Of a stretch of DNA of 64,000 nucleotides, positions 51,873-64,000 are shown in pieces (position 1 is the first letter of the stretch; every line of letters starts with the position of its first letter). The stretch is from Cirrosporium novae-zelandiae (Eukaryota), in the NCBI GenBank assembly GCA_026023565.1, contig JAPETS010000029.1, forward strand, positions 310,001-374,000, given 5' to 3'. The notes under the pieces were generated by a model, which was not told where the DNA came from, did not search any database, and was given only the letters and a program-made list of their open reading frames with translations. The translations under genes were made by a program, and so were the position numbers.

Positions 51873-52329
51873 GGAAGAAAAACTTAGAAAGAAGGATTTG
51901 TGTATGCATACTTGAATGGCCGGATGAATCTAAAGGGTTCCCTGGGTAGTTTGTACATTACATTGCAATTCGTCCAATTCGATTCTCCTGGGCACATATA
52001 TACCCTCATGTTATCAACATCCGACCATTCAAGGCATTCTTGGTGCAATTGACGAGATTTGGAGATTTATGAACCGAATAAATACTAATGACTTAGAACT
52101 GTTCATGATACTAGCCTTCCCTAGGATGCCAACGTGAACTACTTGGGAGAAAAGGTAGGACTCGGTTGCGATAATTATTAATTGAAGCATGCTTCGTATT
52201 GTACAATCATTTATACATTTTATCCCATAGTCCAATTATATCAATCCCTAGGGCTCCTCTAGGTAGCCATTTCAAACTCCTGGGTATTAAAAAGGCACTT
52301 TTGCTAATCAAATACACCCCATAGACCAT

Positions 52330-53204
52330 TTATTTAACATATGCAGAAAACACCACTATATGTTCTTTAGCAGCCTGCTGTCGTTCCTCGGCTTCCTCTT
52401 TCGCATTCAAGTAGTCGTCTTCTCCAATATCGGACAGATTATCCCACATCTCGTCAAATTCCTTGTCTGTATCATTAGAAACCTTCCACATCTCCTCCTT
52501 GAGCCGTTTATGCCGCTCACGATCTTCTTCAATCCGTTGTTCGATTTGGCGCTTGTCGACCCTAAGATTACGGTTGAAAGGTTGACGATTAAGGAAAGCA
52601 TAAGTCTGAGTGCCATGTCTGGCTACACCATGCTCGGGTGAAATTGGCGGATTTGCTGCGGTATCGCGTTCCGCTAAACGGGCTTCGATATCATTCATGA
52701 TTTCAGGAGCGAGAAAGGATTTTTGCTGCATTTTGCCGAGAACCTGAGAGGGAAAGGACCGTGTTAGAATATAAAGTACAGCTAAATAAGATATCGGTCT
52801 TCAAAAAACTCACATGTTGAACAACCTTGACATTCGTAGCACCAGTTCCATCAGCAGGAGCCACTGCATCCACGATGCGAAGGATATCCCGTTGTATCAT
52901 TTGAATATATTCAAAATGACCTTCTTTCTCTGCAACTCCGCAGAAATGCTCGATGAAGTACATGATATTAGCACGAACGTTCATATTATTCTGTCCCAGA
53001 ATCAGCAAGCAAGATTCTCGGCTTCCAGCCAAATCAGGGAAAGCTCACGTTCTCAAGCTGTTCGAGGATACAAGAGTGCAAGTCCTCATCCATATCCTTG
53101 TTCTTCATAGCATACATGGCCACCTTCTGGGACGAGTTGACGGATGCATTGAGCCTCTGGAGTTGAGTAGTGAACCTAAGGCGAACTTCAAAAGGGTCAG
53201 CCAT
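52330..53204 (-). CDS. CTK3: CTD kinase I gamma subunit
   Basis: MADPFEVRLRFTTQL...DMDEDLHSCILEQLE, NMNVRANIMYFIE and IEQRIEEDRERHKRLKEEMW. Two introns. Confidence 0.92.
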
Positions 53205-53270
53205 AATTTCGATGATGATAGGGTAGCAATATTCAGTCCAGTGCTTACCGTTTAATGTAAATTCATCCAT

Positions 53271-53280
53271 GGTCACGTGA
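53271..53280. promoter_or_regulatory. E-box (GTCACGTGA, bHLH/Cbf1-type) in the 202-bp CTK3/PRO3 divergent promoter
   Basis: GGTCACGTGA lies between head-to-head ATGs at 53204 and 53407. Confidence 0.35.
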
Positions 53281-53406
53281 AGATAAGTTTCAAGCTTCCC
53301 GATAAGGTCAAAACCCAGGCACAGGAACAGGAGATCTTGATTCACAATTAAATCTCCAACGAAACAGTTAACTTTGTTATCAGAGTCAAAAGAAAGTCAA
53401 AACACA

Positions 53407-54477
53407 ATGGATAACATATTGGTCACTAAAGATAATAAAGGTTCTGGCAGCTTGACACTTACTGTCCTAGGTTGCGGTGCGTCCCTCATTTAATGTCCCC
53501 ATTTTCCGCACCCGCAAGCACCTACCTCAATTGTAGCCATTTTTGTCTCCTCTTCCTACTCACCCTCTCTTCCAGGAACCCTCGGGACTGCTATCTTCTC
53601 TGGTATCTTTGCCTCTCTGGTCAACCTCTCCGCTAGCACTTCCCAAAATGAAGAACCACCGCAAATTCCCACCCGCTTCGTCGCCTGCATTCGCCCCGAT
53701 GAGTCTCCCGCACAAATTCACAAAACTCTCGACAAGTATAACATAGACCTCACCATCCACCAAGGCGAAAACCTCAAGGGCATCACAGCCGCTGACGTAG
53801 TAATCCTGGCCTGCAAACCGCAAGGCGTGACAGGCATCCTCAGCGAGCCAGGCATCAAAGACGCCCTCAAGGGCAAACTGCTCATCAGCATTCTTGCGGG
53901 CGTGCCTGCCAGTCAGATTGAAGAGATCCTCTACGGAGACCACAACACCTGGCTCTCTCTCCCCTCCGACCAGAAATGCTACATCGTACGCGTAATGCCC
54001 AACACAGCGGCCATCAACGCGGAAAGCATGACGGTAATTGAGCAGTCGGTTCCTCCTCTGCCATCTAGCATGGCTTCCATGTGCACATGGATCTTCCAGC
54101 GTGTTGGTAAGGTCATTCACCTCCCTTCGTCAAATCTAGACGTATCAACTGCACTCTGTGGCTCTGGCCCTGCGTTCTGCGCATTGATGCTCGAGGCTCT
54201 GGCTGACGGTGCCGTGGCCATGGGACTGCCACGAGCGGAGGCTCAATTGATGGCGGCGCAGACGATGAGAGGAGCTGCGGGGATGGTGTTGGCCGGAGAG
54301 CATCCAGCTATCATAAGGGACAAAGTAAGTACGCCTGGAGGGTGCACGATTGGAGGTTTGTTAGTTCTAGAGGAGGGGAGAGCAAGAGGAACCATAGCAA
54401 GAAGCATAAGAGAAGCAACCGTTGTTGCAAGTCAGTTAGGACAAGGCGTTAAAAATGTCAACGGAACGAGATTTTAG
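53407..54477 (+). CDS. PRO3: Pyrroline-5-carboxylate reductase
   Basis: VLGCG|TLG (intron ~53477-53575), ILACKPQ, ISILAGV, RVMPNTA, TALCGSGPAF and VSTPGGCTIGGL. Confidence 0.95.
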
Positions 54478-54894
54478 AGGACTAGCTCTCACTCGACTTC
54501 CTTGATACTACCATGAGTTTGAGCCCCCGTGCATCAGTTTTCCATGGTTGAGGGGAGACATTGAGCGCTAGCTTGAATGCTTCTGAATGGCTTATAGAGG
54601 TCGATATAAAGATGTTATGATTGATACCAACCAAATGCCTTATGAGAAAAAGGCTCATCTTATAGGAATGACAAAAAGTGATTTCGTCTTGCGGTTTAAG
54701 CAGCAGCAGCAGCAACTTCATCTAACTCCCTCGAGATATAGTATACAGCCATCTCATTCATATTCTAGCTTGTAGTCGTAAAGGTAGTAATACATCATTA
54801 TCATCATTATCATCTAAAAAAATACGCATCCGCAGCAATCAAGGATACCACCACATTGCACCCTCCAACCCCCATCAACTCTCCCTTGCAACCC

Positions 54895-56281
54895 TCACCA
54901 GAACCAAGACTGATCACCGAAAGTCTTATTCCAACCCATGCTGAACTCATTCGTAGGCCCGCAGTTACTCCGTTCTTTCTCCATTTCCGCTTCAGGCAAC
55001 CACTCCCGAATCTTATCCCTCCTATTATGGCTACTAGGATGCGTGCTCAAAAACTGCGGTGGCGCACCCCCCGTCCTCTGTTCCGCCTCCCCCATCCGTT
55101 CCCAGACCCCCATGGCCTCCGAGGGGTCATAGCATGCCTTAGCCATCATCAGCAGCCCGATATAGTCGGCCTCGGTTTCCTGAGTCCGCGAGTGGGGGAG
55201 CATGAAAATGAAGTTGAGAAGTGTGGAGGATATGTTTGCGTCGACTCCGAGGATCGAGGCGAGGACGACGGAAGCGCCGAAAAGGACAAAGCCTCGCGAC
55301 ATGCGCTCAGCGGCATGGTGGGCTACGTTGTGGGCAATTTCGTGGCCGAGCACCGCGGCGAGACCTGAGTCGGTGCGCGTTATCTGTAGGATGCCGCTAA
55401 AGACGAAGACTTTGCCACTGGAGTGCGCATCGTGATGTTAGCTTGGCTAGCTAGGTATGTCGCAATAGGAAGTAGTAAGGAGATAAGGATGTAGAAAGTA
55501 AACAAAGCCTGCGTACCCCGGCAAAACAAAAGCATTTCTCTCCCCTGGATTGTCGATAACATGAACCTCCCATTTCACATTTTGAAGGCCAGATGCCGGT
55601 ACCAAACGGTTCAAAACGCGCTGAACCTGTCGAGAACGCGAGTCCCAGGATGGGAGGAGTTGGTTTCGAAAATCGCGCAGAACTTGGTCATACATTTGCC
55701 GTCCCCCTTCCTCTTCAGTTCCCTCGCCGATGCAATTGAAGCGTTTGCGACCGGAGACCTGTAAGTTTTCAAGTTAACGAAAAGGCTCACAGACTGGGAG
55801 TAGGGAGAAGAAGAGAGGGGTAGCATCATCTTAGATAGATCCATCATGGTGATAGAGAATGGAAGCATACCGGCACTTCTTCCAGATTAGACACATAGAA
55901 CGCCAACCCTCCCCCTCCAACGGTATACACTCCAATCCGGAACGGCTTGCTAGTTTTCCATTTGTATATCAAGTACTCAAACCGTGTTTTCCGGCCTCCA
56001 CCTTGGGGACCACCGCCGTCGAACCTATAATAGTAGGCCCATCTTCGCTGGGCGGGCTGTTGCAACCTTTGCTTCGGAGACCTTGGTCGGACAAAGGGAC
56101 GGGACTGTGAAGAAAATGAAGATTTAGAGAATGAACGTTGAGATATAGGTTGGAAGGTTGTTTGAGGTCTAATTGGGGGTATGGGGGTTCGAAAACGGGA
56201 AGTAGTTTCGAAGATGCGGGGGGAAGTTCTGAAGGCGGGGCCAAAGAGACGTGCGCCGGCATTAAGCATCGTCGGTTTCAT
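54895..56281 (-). CDS. OMA1: Mitochondrial inner-membrane M48 metallopeptidase Oma1
   Basis: Presequence, LEEVP|VSGRKRFN, NAFVLPG|GKVFVFSG, HEIAH (HExxH), SRTQETEADYIG and FLSTHP. Two introns. Confidence 0.93.
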
Positions 56282-57085
56282 ATTAAAGAAATATTATCTG
56301 GTTAAATGTTAGAATTGTTCGTGTAGTCTTTATTGATTAACTTGTACTATACCATGGTCTTGGTGGAACATGGATCCGAAATCGACGAGGGAAAAGCGAA
56401 AGGATTCCCAAAGATGCTGCGGCATTTTCCGTGATAGCTATTATGTATGAATTAAGCAAGCTTCCTTAAGGTTCTGACTGTGACAGGATTATCTCATGGT
56501 TCGTAGGTCATGATCGGTATTTACTTTGCATATCATTTCCACCCGCTTCTACGATTAAATGCTAAGACTTGGCGTAGTTAAGTAAAATACTGTGTGTATT
56601 TTTAGATATATGACAGTATTATGAGTGGGCTTTGGACCCAACTGTCTATTCTAACAGATATATAGCTATACAAAGGAAGATCAGTAGGTCGCCCAAAGCT
56701 AGGTAGTAGGGTAGACAAAGTCCACGCATAGACACTCTCCATTCACTATGAAAATGCATCCAAGGGTTGAGATGATATGATATCAAATGCATATATCATC
56801 CCGTATGTGAAAGGTAGATTGGTAGGTAAAATGGCAAAATGATCCTCCCAAGAACGACTCCAAAAAAGACTCAAGGGAAATTTTCACCAAGGAGCTCCAA
56901 ACAACCAGTGGTATCTGAAAGAAGCCCGCCTTTCAAGCTCAGAAAATACTCCCATGTCATATAAAACGTTTGCAACACAAAATCCGGCCCATATTGATCA
57001 TTAGATATAGACAATGAAAGGAAAATTTGCCACGTATGGCATTGTTTTTGGTTCAAATCATTGGACCCTGGTAACGATCCTCAAC

Positions 57086-57160
57086 TTCAGGGAGAACATC
57101 AAAATTGGATTCCACAATAGTTTCCGGGAGAACATCAAGATTGGCTTCCACAATGGTTTC
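57086..57160. repeat. 36-bp tandem duplication (2 copies, 4 mismatches)
   Basis: TTCAGGGAGAACATCAAAATTGGATTCCACAATAGT followed by TTCCGGGAGAACATCAAGATTGGCTTCCACAATGGT. Confidence 0.9.
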
Positions 57161-57235
57161 AAGCGAGCGCCGAATTTGACTGCCTCTAATATCGGATATG
57201 TTACTCCGCCTATAGAGGTTGAGGAAGAGGTTTAG

Positions 57236-60200
57236 TCATTCTTCAGTAAGAGCTTCGTCAGCAGACTCTCTCCATTCCTTGGATCGCTCGGTTAATCTCT
57301 TAATGCCAGAGACTCTTTCAGCCCATAGTGACTCCGAAGGTGTTCGGAAAGTATATGCCCGCTGAGACGAAATGACTCCAATTGCCTGCAAGACAGCCTT
57401 TCTAGAATCCCTACTGAATACAGCAGGATGGTTAATCCATTCGAGAGAGGACTCCACCTCGTTATCCAAGGCAGTTATTGTTATGGGGTCAATACCAGCC
57501 GCAAGAGTTGTTGCGTTGATTGCAGTTTGTGGAGACGGATGTCGTTCGGGAGTACCCGCTGAAGGTACCGGACTGACTCCTCCGCTAATGCTTCCACCAC
57601 CATTGATGCTATTTGGGTGGCTAGTGGGTTTTCCAGGAGGAAGAGGTGGAAGACCGCCTTTCCCTAGACCTCGCAAGATACTTCGCGTTTCTGTCAAAAG
57701 GGTCTGCGCGCGGTCATGTTGACCACGAGAGACTAGAGTCAAAGCACGAGTAAGCATGTCCGAGGTAAGAAGCTCCATACGCCGCTGGACGATGGAAGGA
57801 TGCGGGGGGATTGGCGGGGAAGCAGACTGGCCGTTTTGTGGAGTCTTGGGTGTGGCCGGTAGCATGGTAATCGCAAGGAGGGAAGGTCTCGGGAGATGAG
57901 TCACGGTTCCTTCACGGAGGATATCACCATAGTTAAGGTCGGCCTGGATAAGAGGGACCTCTTCTACGCTGGCAACACGCTGCTCATCATTCTCAAGCGG
58001 GCCACCTAGGGCCTCTAGGCCAGAGATGATATTCTCCCATGGATCCTGTGGCAACTGTTCTTGGGATGAGATATCGGGAGCAATTGCAAGCTGGACCAAG
58101 ACATCTGACCAAGAAATTAGTACATTGCCAGGGGTGAGGAATATTTAATGGCTGCTTACCTCTCTTGTCTCCAAATCTTAGATCGCCTAAAGAAGCCTCC
58201 GCGTCTTTACCGGTAGCTCGCTTGGTAACCTGCATGGCTCCGCTAATCTTGACAAATTTTGCTGGGGAGCCTTCCGGAAGCCTAAGCTTCAGCTTGACGT
58301 TCTGATGGGAGGTTGTCTGTAACGATCCGAGACACCCTGCTGCACATTCCCGCAGCATCATCCAATCTTTCACGTATGTGTAGGACGCCTTTGTGCGGGT
58401 AGATAGCTCAATCATTGTATCAGGCTTATGGGTTAAACCAAGACCGAAGGAATGTATTGTAACCCTAAAACTCATGTTAGTAACCGAAATCCTGGAGGCT
58501 AATTCCCTCTCGGTGTAGGAATAGATCGGAAGGAACTTACTTAGCGGCTTCGGCTCTAGAAATCACAAAATCAACACTTTCGGGATCCGACGTTGAGGAG
58601 TCGCTAATCAGCAGTATAGTCGAAATTGGATTATTCGCTTTGCGCTGCATCAACAGGTCCATTGCAACATTTGCTCCCTCCACGACATCTGCACGTAAAC
58701 TTTTCTGACCAACTGGGCGTATCGAGCTTAGGATCTTGTTCCAACCGCCCCAGGCTTTCGTCGTCATGCCGACAAGAGGAACTCCCCCACCGCTAGACCC
58801 AAAAGTTACCAACCCCATTCTATCTCTATCGCCTAGACTGTTAACTAAGAATTTTAAGGAGTCACGTAGAAGCGATATCTTGAGTCCTTGCATCGACGAC
58901 GAAACGGGTATAACCACAACAATGTCAAGGGGTACATGGGGTGTCGGCGGATACCGTCGATCTGGCATCCCCCTCACAGAATACTCGGTTGCTGCGGTAT
59001 TGTTCGATCTAGCTGCATACGAAGAAGGCACGGAAGAAGCCCTGTTGTTAGTTCTCAAGGTCCTATAATCTTCATCATCAGTCCCCGAAGTACCTTCATC
59101 ATATTCAGGACTTCGAATTGATTGTTCGAGACCATTCAGGTCGGCCAAGGCCCGTTTCCATTGTTCCAATTGACCTCGATCCGCAAAGCAGAGATGGAAC
59201 GATGGAAGTTCTTGAACGGAGAGACTCAATGTCAAGATCGGCTGTTCTTGAGCAGCGTTGACTTCCTTGAGATGTTTCTTGATTAGGATAGACCCCTTTA
59301 GAGTGCACCGAGTCATCTTGCGTCTTGGATTTCCCTCCGCATATTGAGGTTGCGATCCTTTTTTTTCTTTTACGCAAATGAGCATCTCAGCGAACAAGTA
59401 GCATTCCAGCTCTTGCCATGACTGGCGGTCTTTTCCAACTCGAATGGTGCTGTACAAACGCAATTTCCCGAACCTTTGAAAATCAAGGCCATGCCAATTA
59501 TCCACACGCATACGCAGGTCATCAGTAATTTCTTCCAAAATCTCTGGTGAATCCTGAGGATAATCGACTGGTCTACTCGGTTGAAGCGATTTGGGGCTAA
59601 ATGTGCCATATTCGTCAGCCCGAGGTAAAGAAGGTACAGGTGGTACACTTCGCAAGTCTTCCGGATCGGGCTGCCATTTGCCGTCGGGAACTTCGATCGT
59701 GATCAAGCATGTTAAGCTCTGTTGCTGTCGGGACCGATTTAGTGTGGGATACTCGCTGCGAACAGTAACAATAGGAGACGGTATAGGATTCTTGGCTATC
59801 ATCGAGCGTGGGCTGCTGAGATCTGTTTCCATTGATTGCACGTCATAGTCATGTCTTCGTGCAAGAGAAGCTTGATGGTTATCTGCGTATTCTCCTGAGG
59901 AAGCTTTACCGGTAGTGTTACTGTCATTCCTATTATGTTGGTATTGTCGAGTGCTACCACCATATCTCTCGACCCGTTCGCGTGTCACCTCACTCCTACT
60001 ATCTCGCTGAGAGCCATCTCGAGATGAATAGCCATTTGTCGAGTTGCCTCTGCTTCGTGGGCGGTCTCTGATGGTACCAGCATCCCATTGAGTAGGAGTA
60101 TTTTGTTGGCTTCGGTTTGGGTCGTTGCTAACAGAAACAGATCGAACGATGGTACTCAATTTCTCTGGAATTGGTTAGCATTGCATGCCATAGCTAGATG

Positions 60201-60958
60201 GATTAGTTCTGGTGTGGAGTTTACCTAAATCCAAAACATTACCACCTCTACTAGTATCAAGTCCCAACGGTGCGTCGCAAGTCGGACAATACTGGGAGTC
60301 AAACTCTTTTATAAACTCGTAAAAGCATGCTTCATGAGAAACATGGCCGCATGAAAATTGGAGGATACGTTCGCCACGGAGGGTCAACTCCAAATTCTCT
60401 TCGCATACGGCGCACTCGCTTCCGATAAACGTCCTATCTCTCCGCGTCCTGGTTCTTTCAACGTCCAACATACCTGCCATCGGCCTTCCGGCTCTCCAAT
60501 TGAAAGAAGTTTGCGAGAAACTTGTGACGGAGGGATTTCGAAGGGACTGTTGGTAATTTCGTATTGTGGAGGGAGTTCCGGCAGCAGCACGTTGTCGCGC
60601 GCTCACGAGGCTTCTGTCGTCACGATCGTCGTTCCAGCCAACTGAGTGATTAGAAGCAGAAGATGGAGAAGGATTGTAATTTGCGCGGGAACCCGTTCGG
60701 ATGCGATAATCTAGATAATCAATGAGTGACCCGTCAGCGACATCTCCTGAACGCAAATTTGATAGATAAAGGTAATGAGGTCTCACTATTCTGATAGTTG
60801 TCGATCGAGGATGACGCGATGGTATTTTCTGAGGTTTTGGGTCGTCGGTTGAATCCAAAACGAGGTTGATCCAGGTAGTTGTCTTGGTGCAGGTTCCCGT
60901 ATCCCTCTTCGCGCCGTGAGTAATGATAGGACGGCGGTGCTGAAGGGTTGTAAGACAT
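57236..60958 (-). CDS. RING-H2 / PH / vWA scaffold protein (Far1/Ste5-like)
   Basis: RING-H2 CAVC...CGHVSHEAC...CPTC, PH-like FGKLRLY...ECYLFAEMLICVKEKK and vWA PLDIVVVIPVSSSMQGLK. Start MSYNPS at 60958. Introns at ~60786-60711, ~60223-60164, ~58539-58464 and ~58158-58103. Confidence 0.85.
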
Positions 60959-62740
60959 GGAAAGGGGACTTGCTTAGAAGATGAAGTTCTTCTCTTCACT
61001 TTCCACGCATTCAAAGTTCTTAGGCTTCGCCGCCGTCAAGAAGCAAAATGCCAAAAACAGGTTGGCCAGGATGATAATCACACTCAGGAATCAGGATGCT
61101 GGGGTGTCAAAGGAATGAATTGTAGAAGGCGGCAAGAGAGTGGTAGGGTTTTTGGAAGGCGTGGGCCTGTAAGTCAATTCTACTGCCCTGAGACTGATGG
61201 AGAGTTTCTGGCTGTTGTCTGCAAAGGACCTTCGAGGCTGCTTTCTCCGTTCCCCTTCTAGCTCCCCTTCTAGTTCCCCTTTGAGGTTTTACCTTTCGGA
61301 TCGCCTCGATCACACCTTAGAGTTGAAGTCTGTTGGAAGATCCTTGTTCGCGGTTGATAGTTTTTTTCTTTCTTTTCGTACAAGCGGGGGGTACTTGGAT
61401 CGATACGGTTTCAGTTTGGTTCAAGCCTACTTGGTCCTTAGCACCATGGTAATTTTTCGACGTCCAAGCAGCCCTCAGCAAAGTAGTTTACTTCTCTTTC
61501 TTTGCTGTTTTAGCCTTTAAGCGTAATTTCGGAGCATTGGAGAAGTTATTCTCCCGCCAGGGTCCGGGTGTGACACTCTCTTAAAACAGTGAGTGTTGAT
61601 AGAACGGGTTCCTTTCCGGAAGGCGTTGAGATTCAAGATGAAGGTAATATATCTATCAATTTTCATTCGAGAAAAAAGAATGAATCTTGGGTTAGCTGGT
61701 GAAAGTGAGTGCAGGGACCGAGTAATTGGTGCATTTGGTTCCATTGTATTGGCCCCGGGGGGGGGGTTGTCATATTGGTGTACAGCGGAACTGACAAAAT
61801 GGGGCAAAACAGGTCAACTCGTATCGAAGGCGTATGGAAGGGCTGGCTCAAGAGAGATTGATTTCGATATTGACAATTGGGGTGAGGATTGAAAATTGTC
61901 ATGGGTACCTGTCCAAGATAGCACTAGGGGGAGGGTTTTGGAGGATACCTCTAGGTAATTAGCTCGAGGGGGATGAATCGTAAGCTTCCGATTGCGACCC
62001 AGCCTGCAGATGGATATACGCTAACACAAAGGCCAACCAACAGCCAAACGACCAAACCCTTCTTCCCTCTATTTTTTACTTAGTTGCTCCGGAATAACGG
62101 GTATGGTCGTTAATGACCCAGCGTGTCTTCAAAGTATATACAAAGTACAATACTTTTTTACTTTTAGGATGTGAGAAAGTTAACTGATACTAATGTCCTT
62201 TGGTAATTAACTGAAGATCCCTGATGACGCTGCCCCCCCGTCCCTTTCGCAATGACCACAAAGAGGACCGACCTGAACACCTAAAAAGATTCAAAAAGAA
62301 TCCGAAAAGGTTTCGAAAAAAGAAAAGAAAAAAAGGGCTTTTCTTATGTATAGATCCGTCATTTTTGCGTGTATATATGTTGTGTGTGTGTGTGCATTGA
62401 TAATTCCCAATCTAACCTTGACTAATTAAAACATTAAAACCGTTGCACAACAGTATTTTTTTTTCGCTTTTGTCCGGGGAGGGGGAAAACAGTTGAACTG
62501 AGTTTTTGAGGTCACCTCTACCTCTCTCGGATTTCGGGGGGTGGGGGATAGAGATGGGTTGTGTTGTTGTTAGAATGATGGGAGAGGTGGGGGATGTCAG
62601 CAAATACCTAATACCTAATACTTACTACCTGCAGCCGAAGGTCTCCCCGAAGATTGATCATATGCCCCCCCTATCAACCATGAAGTCCACCACCGCTACC
62701 ATTACCATAACCCGCAAAATCTTTAATTGATGGCCGATAT

Positions 62741-62790
62741 GTACTCGAGTACTATCTGGTTACTATCTGGCTACTATCTGGGCTATCTAA
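62741..62790. repeat. Palindrome GTACTCGAGTAC followed by a short TACTATCTGG-type tandem repeat
   Basis: Read directly: gtactcgagtac tatctggt tactatctgg ctactatctgg gctatct. Confidence 0.7.
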
Positions 62791-64000
62791 TCCTATCCTC
62801 TTTTGTGAAAATAAGTTATAACTATCGATAAGATGGAGCATGGAATACGTCTGCTATCATCATTAAGCAATCTATTTTCTCTTCATCAATTCATCAATTC
62901 ATCATCATGGGTCCGGTGCGGATACTGTATTCCGTGGCAGGATTTTTGTTTATCTTTGGTAATGAATGAATTTCCATCGTTACTTAAAACCAATAGCTGC
63001 CCAGTGCGGTATAAGATCTCGAAATCTCCTCTATTCGCAAGTGGTCAGTTCAATTTTTGGACGACGAACAGTGGAGTCCGACAAAGTGGAGTAACGGCTT
63101 CGGGGAAGGCTGGCCCCTGTTGGCTTTAGGCCCAAGAAATGATAATTAGTTACAGACTACTTTACCATAACAAGAAATAACTCAGGGACAAGCTTGAAGT
63201 TTTCGAGTTTCGGCTAAGATTCATCATCCACGAGCTATATTATCGTCTCCATTCCTAACGCCCGCTCGGGAAAATTAGATGGATATGGTAGGTAGCATCA
63301 GTGATCATGGCATGATGCCGCCAATTTGGAAACTACTAACAGAAGCCATCGGCGAAGCGAAACCCAAGATACTTCGTTGGCAATATTGAAAGCTCCCAAA
63401 GAATTATCTCGACGTGCTCCCAGCCATCTTGCATGGGATACATGCTGGTAGAAGCTCCTAGATTTATCGTCAGCCATGCATATTCAGATACAGGTAAACC
63501 ATATGAATCACCTGCTGCTGAAGCGCCGAATTCGGACTTTGCCCATTGTCTGTCAGCTATCATGGTGAGAGAGACACAGCAGGTCCCACGACACAATGAA
63601 AAGCGAATGCGAAGACACATGGCCCTTGCTGCATGTCCTCCCAATCTATGTACAGTAAGTTGTAACTTTTGGTCGGTCTGTGCATTCCATATGTGTGACA
63701 CTTACTGTGTGCTGCCATGACGAAATGTTCCCCGGATTTTTAATATATGAATGTATATGTCTACAGTAATATAACCGTCTTGATATTTCCAAGCTGGTAA
63801 GAATTTGAATCTGTGGGTCCTAAGTTGGGTTGTCATTCACTTATCCTCCACATCCCCAGATATGAATCTCCAAGAGACATGAAAAGTCATATTAATTAAA
63901 AGTCAATCTAGATTCTTCATCGTCACCGCCGTCACCTTGACCACATTTCAATATCAAGAGCAGCTGAACTTAGCATTCTCGTACAAGGTTGTACAGCCCT

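Noticed and set aside
57086..57160. 36-bp repeat considered as a CRISPR-like array
   Set aside because: Only two adjacent copies, no spacer, no cas genes, and a eukaryotic context.
62379..62394. (TG)n tract, and likewise (TTCA)n at ~5905, (TA)n at ~48553 and (CAG)n at ~54700
   Set aside because: Ordinary short microsatellites.
1..64000. Intact transposable element or Starship-type captain gene
   Set aside because: I recognised no transposase, reverse transcriptase, tyrosine recombinase, LTR or TIR pair by eye.

Overview
This is eukaryotic DNA from a filamentous ascomycete (Pezizomycotina; the lineage is inferred from GT-AG introns with CTRAY branch points and from gene content). It holds about 21 protein-coding genes, most of them spliced, plus one intron-containing tRNA-Ser(CGA). 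The left ~22 kb is accessory or metabolic: a citrate-synthase-like gene running off the window edge, a divergent DHA1 MFS transporter, F-box-like genes, an M24 Xaa-Pro peptidase, a Zn-ADH, a GPI-type wall protein, CGI121 and an SDR. It is scattered with eroded gene relics (CKS1, ADE17/purH, GMC, F-box). Two housekeeping and signalling blocks (PRCC, SIN1, PKA catalytic subunit, L-type lectin; and neurochondrin-like, MRPL12, CTK3, PRO3, OMA1, Far1-like RING-PH-vWA) flank a 7.9-kb, ~24-intron TRANK1-like UvrD helicase gene, the tRNA and a GMC oxidoreductase. Best leads: (1) the helicase appears to combine a RelE/ParE-like segment, an SF1 helicase, TPR-like repeats, a CCCH finger and an IQ-like motif, which suggests an immunity or RNA-surveillance effector; (2) the Far1-like gene ends in a TGA-CTA readthrough context followed by a 60-codon open extension with a 12-aa duplication and an LxxIxE motif. 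All gene models were read by eye, so exon boundaries are approximate and family calls come from motif recognition, not database searches.
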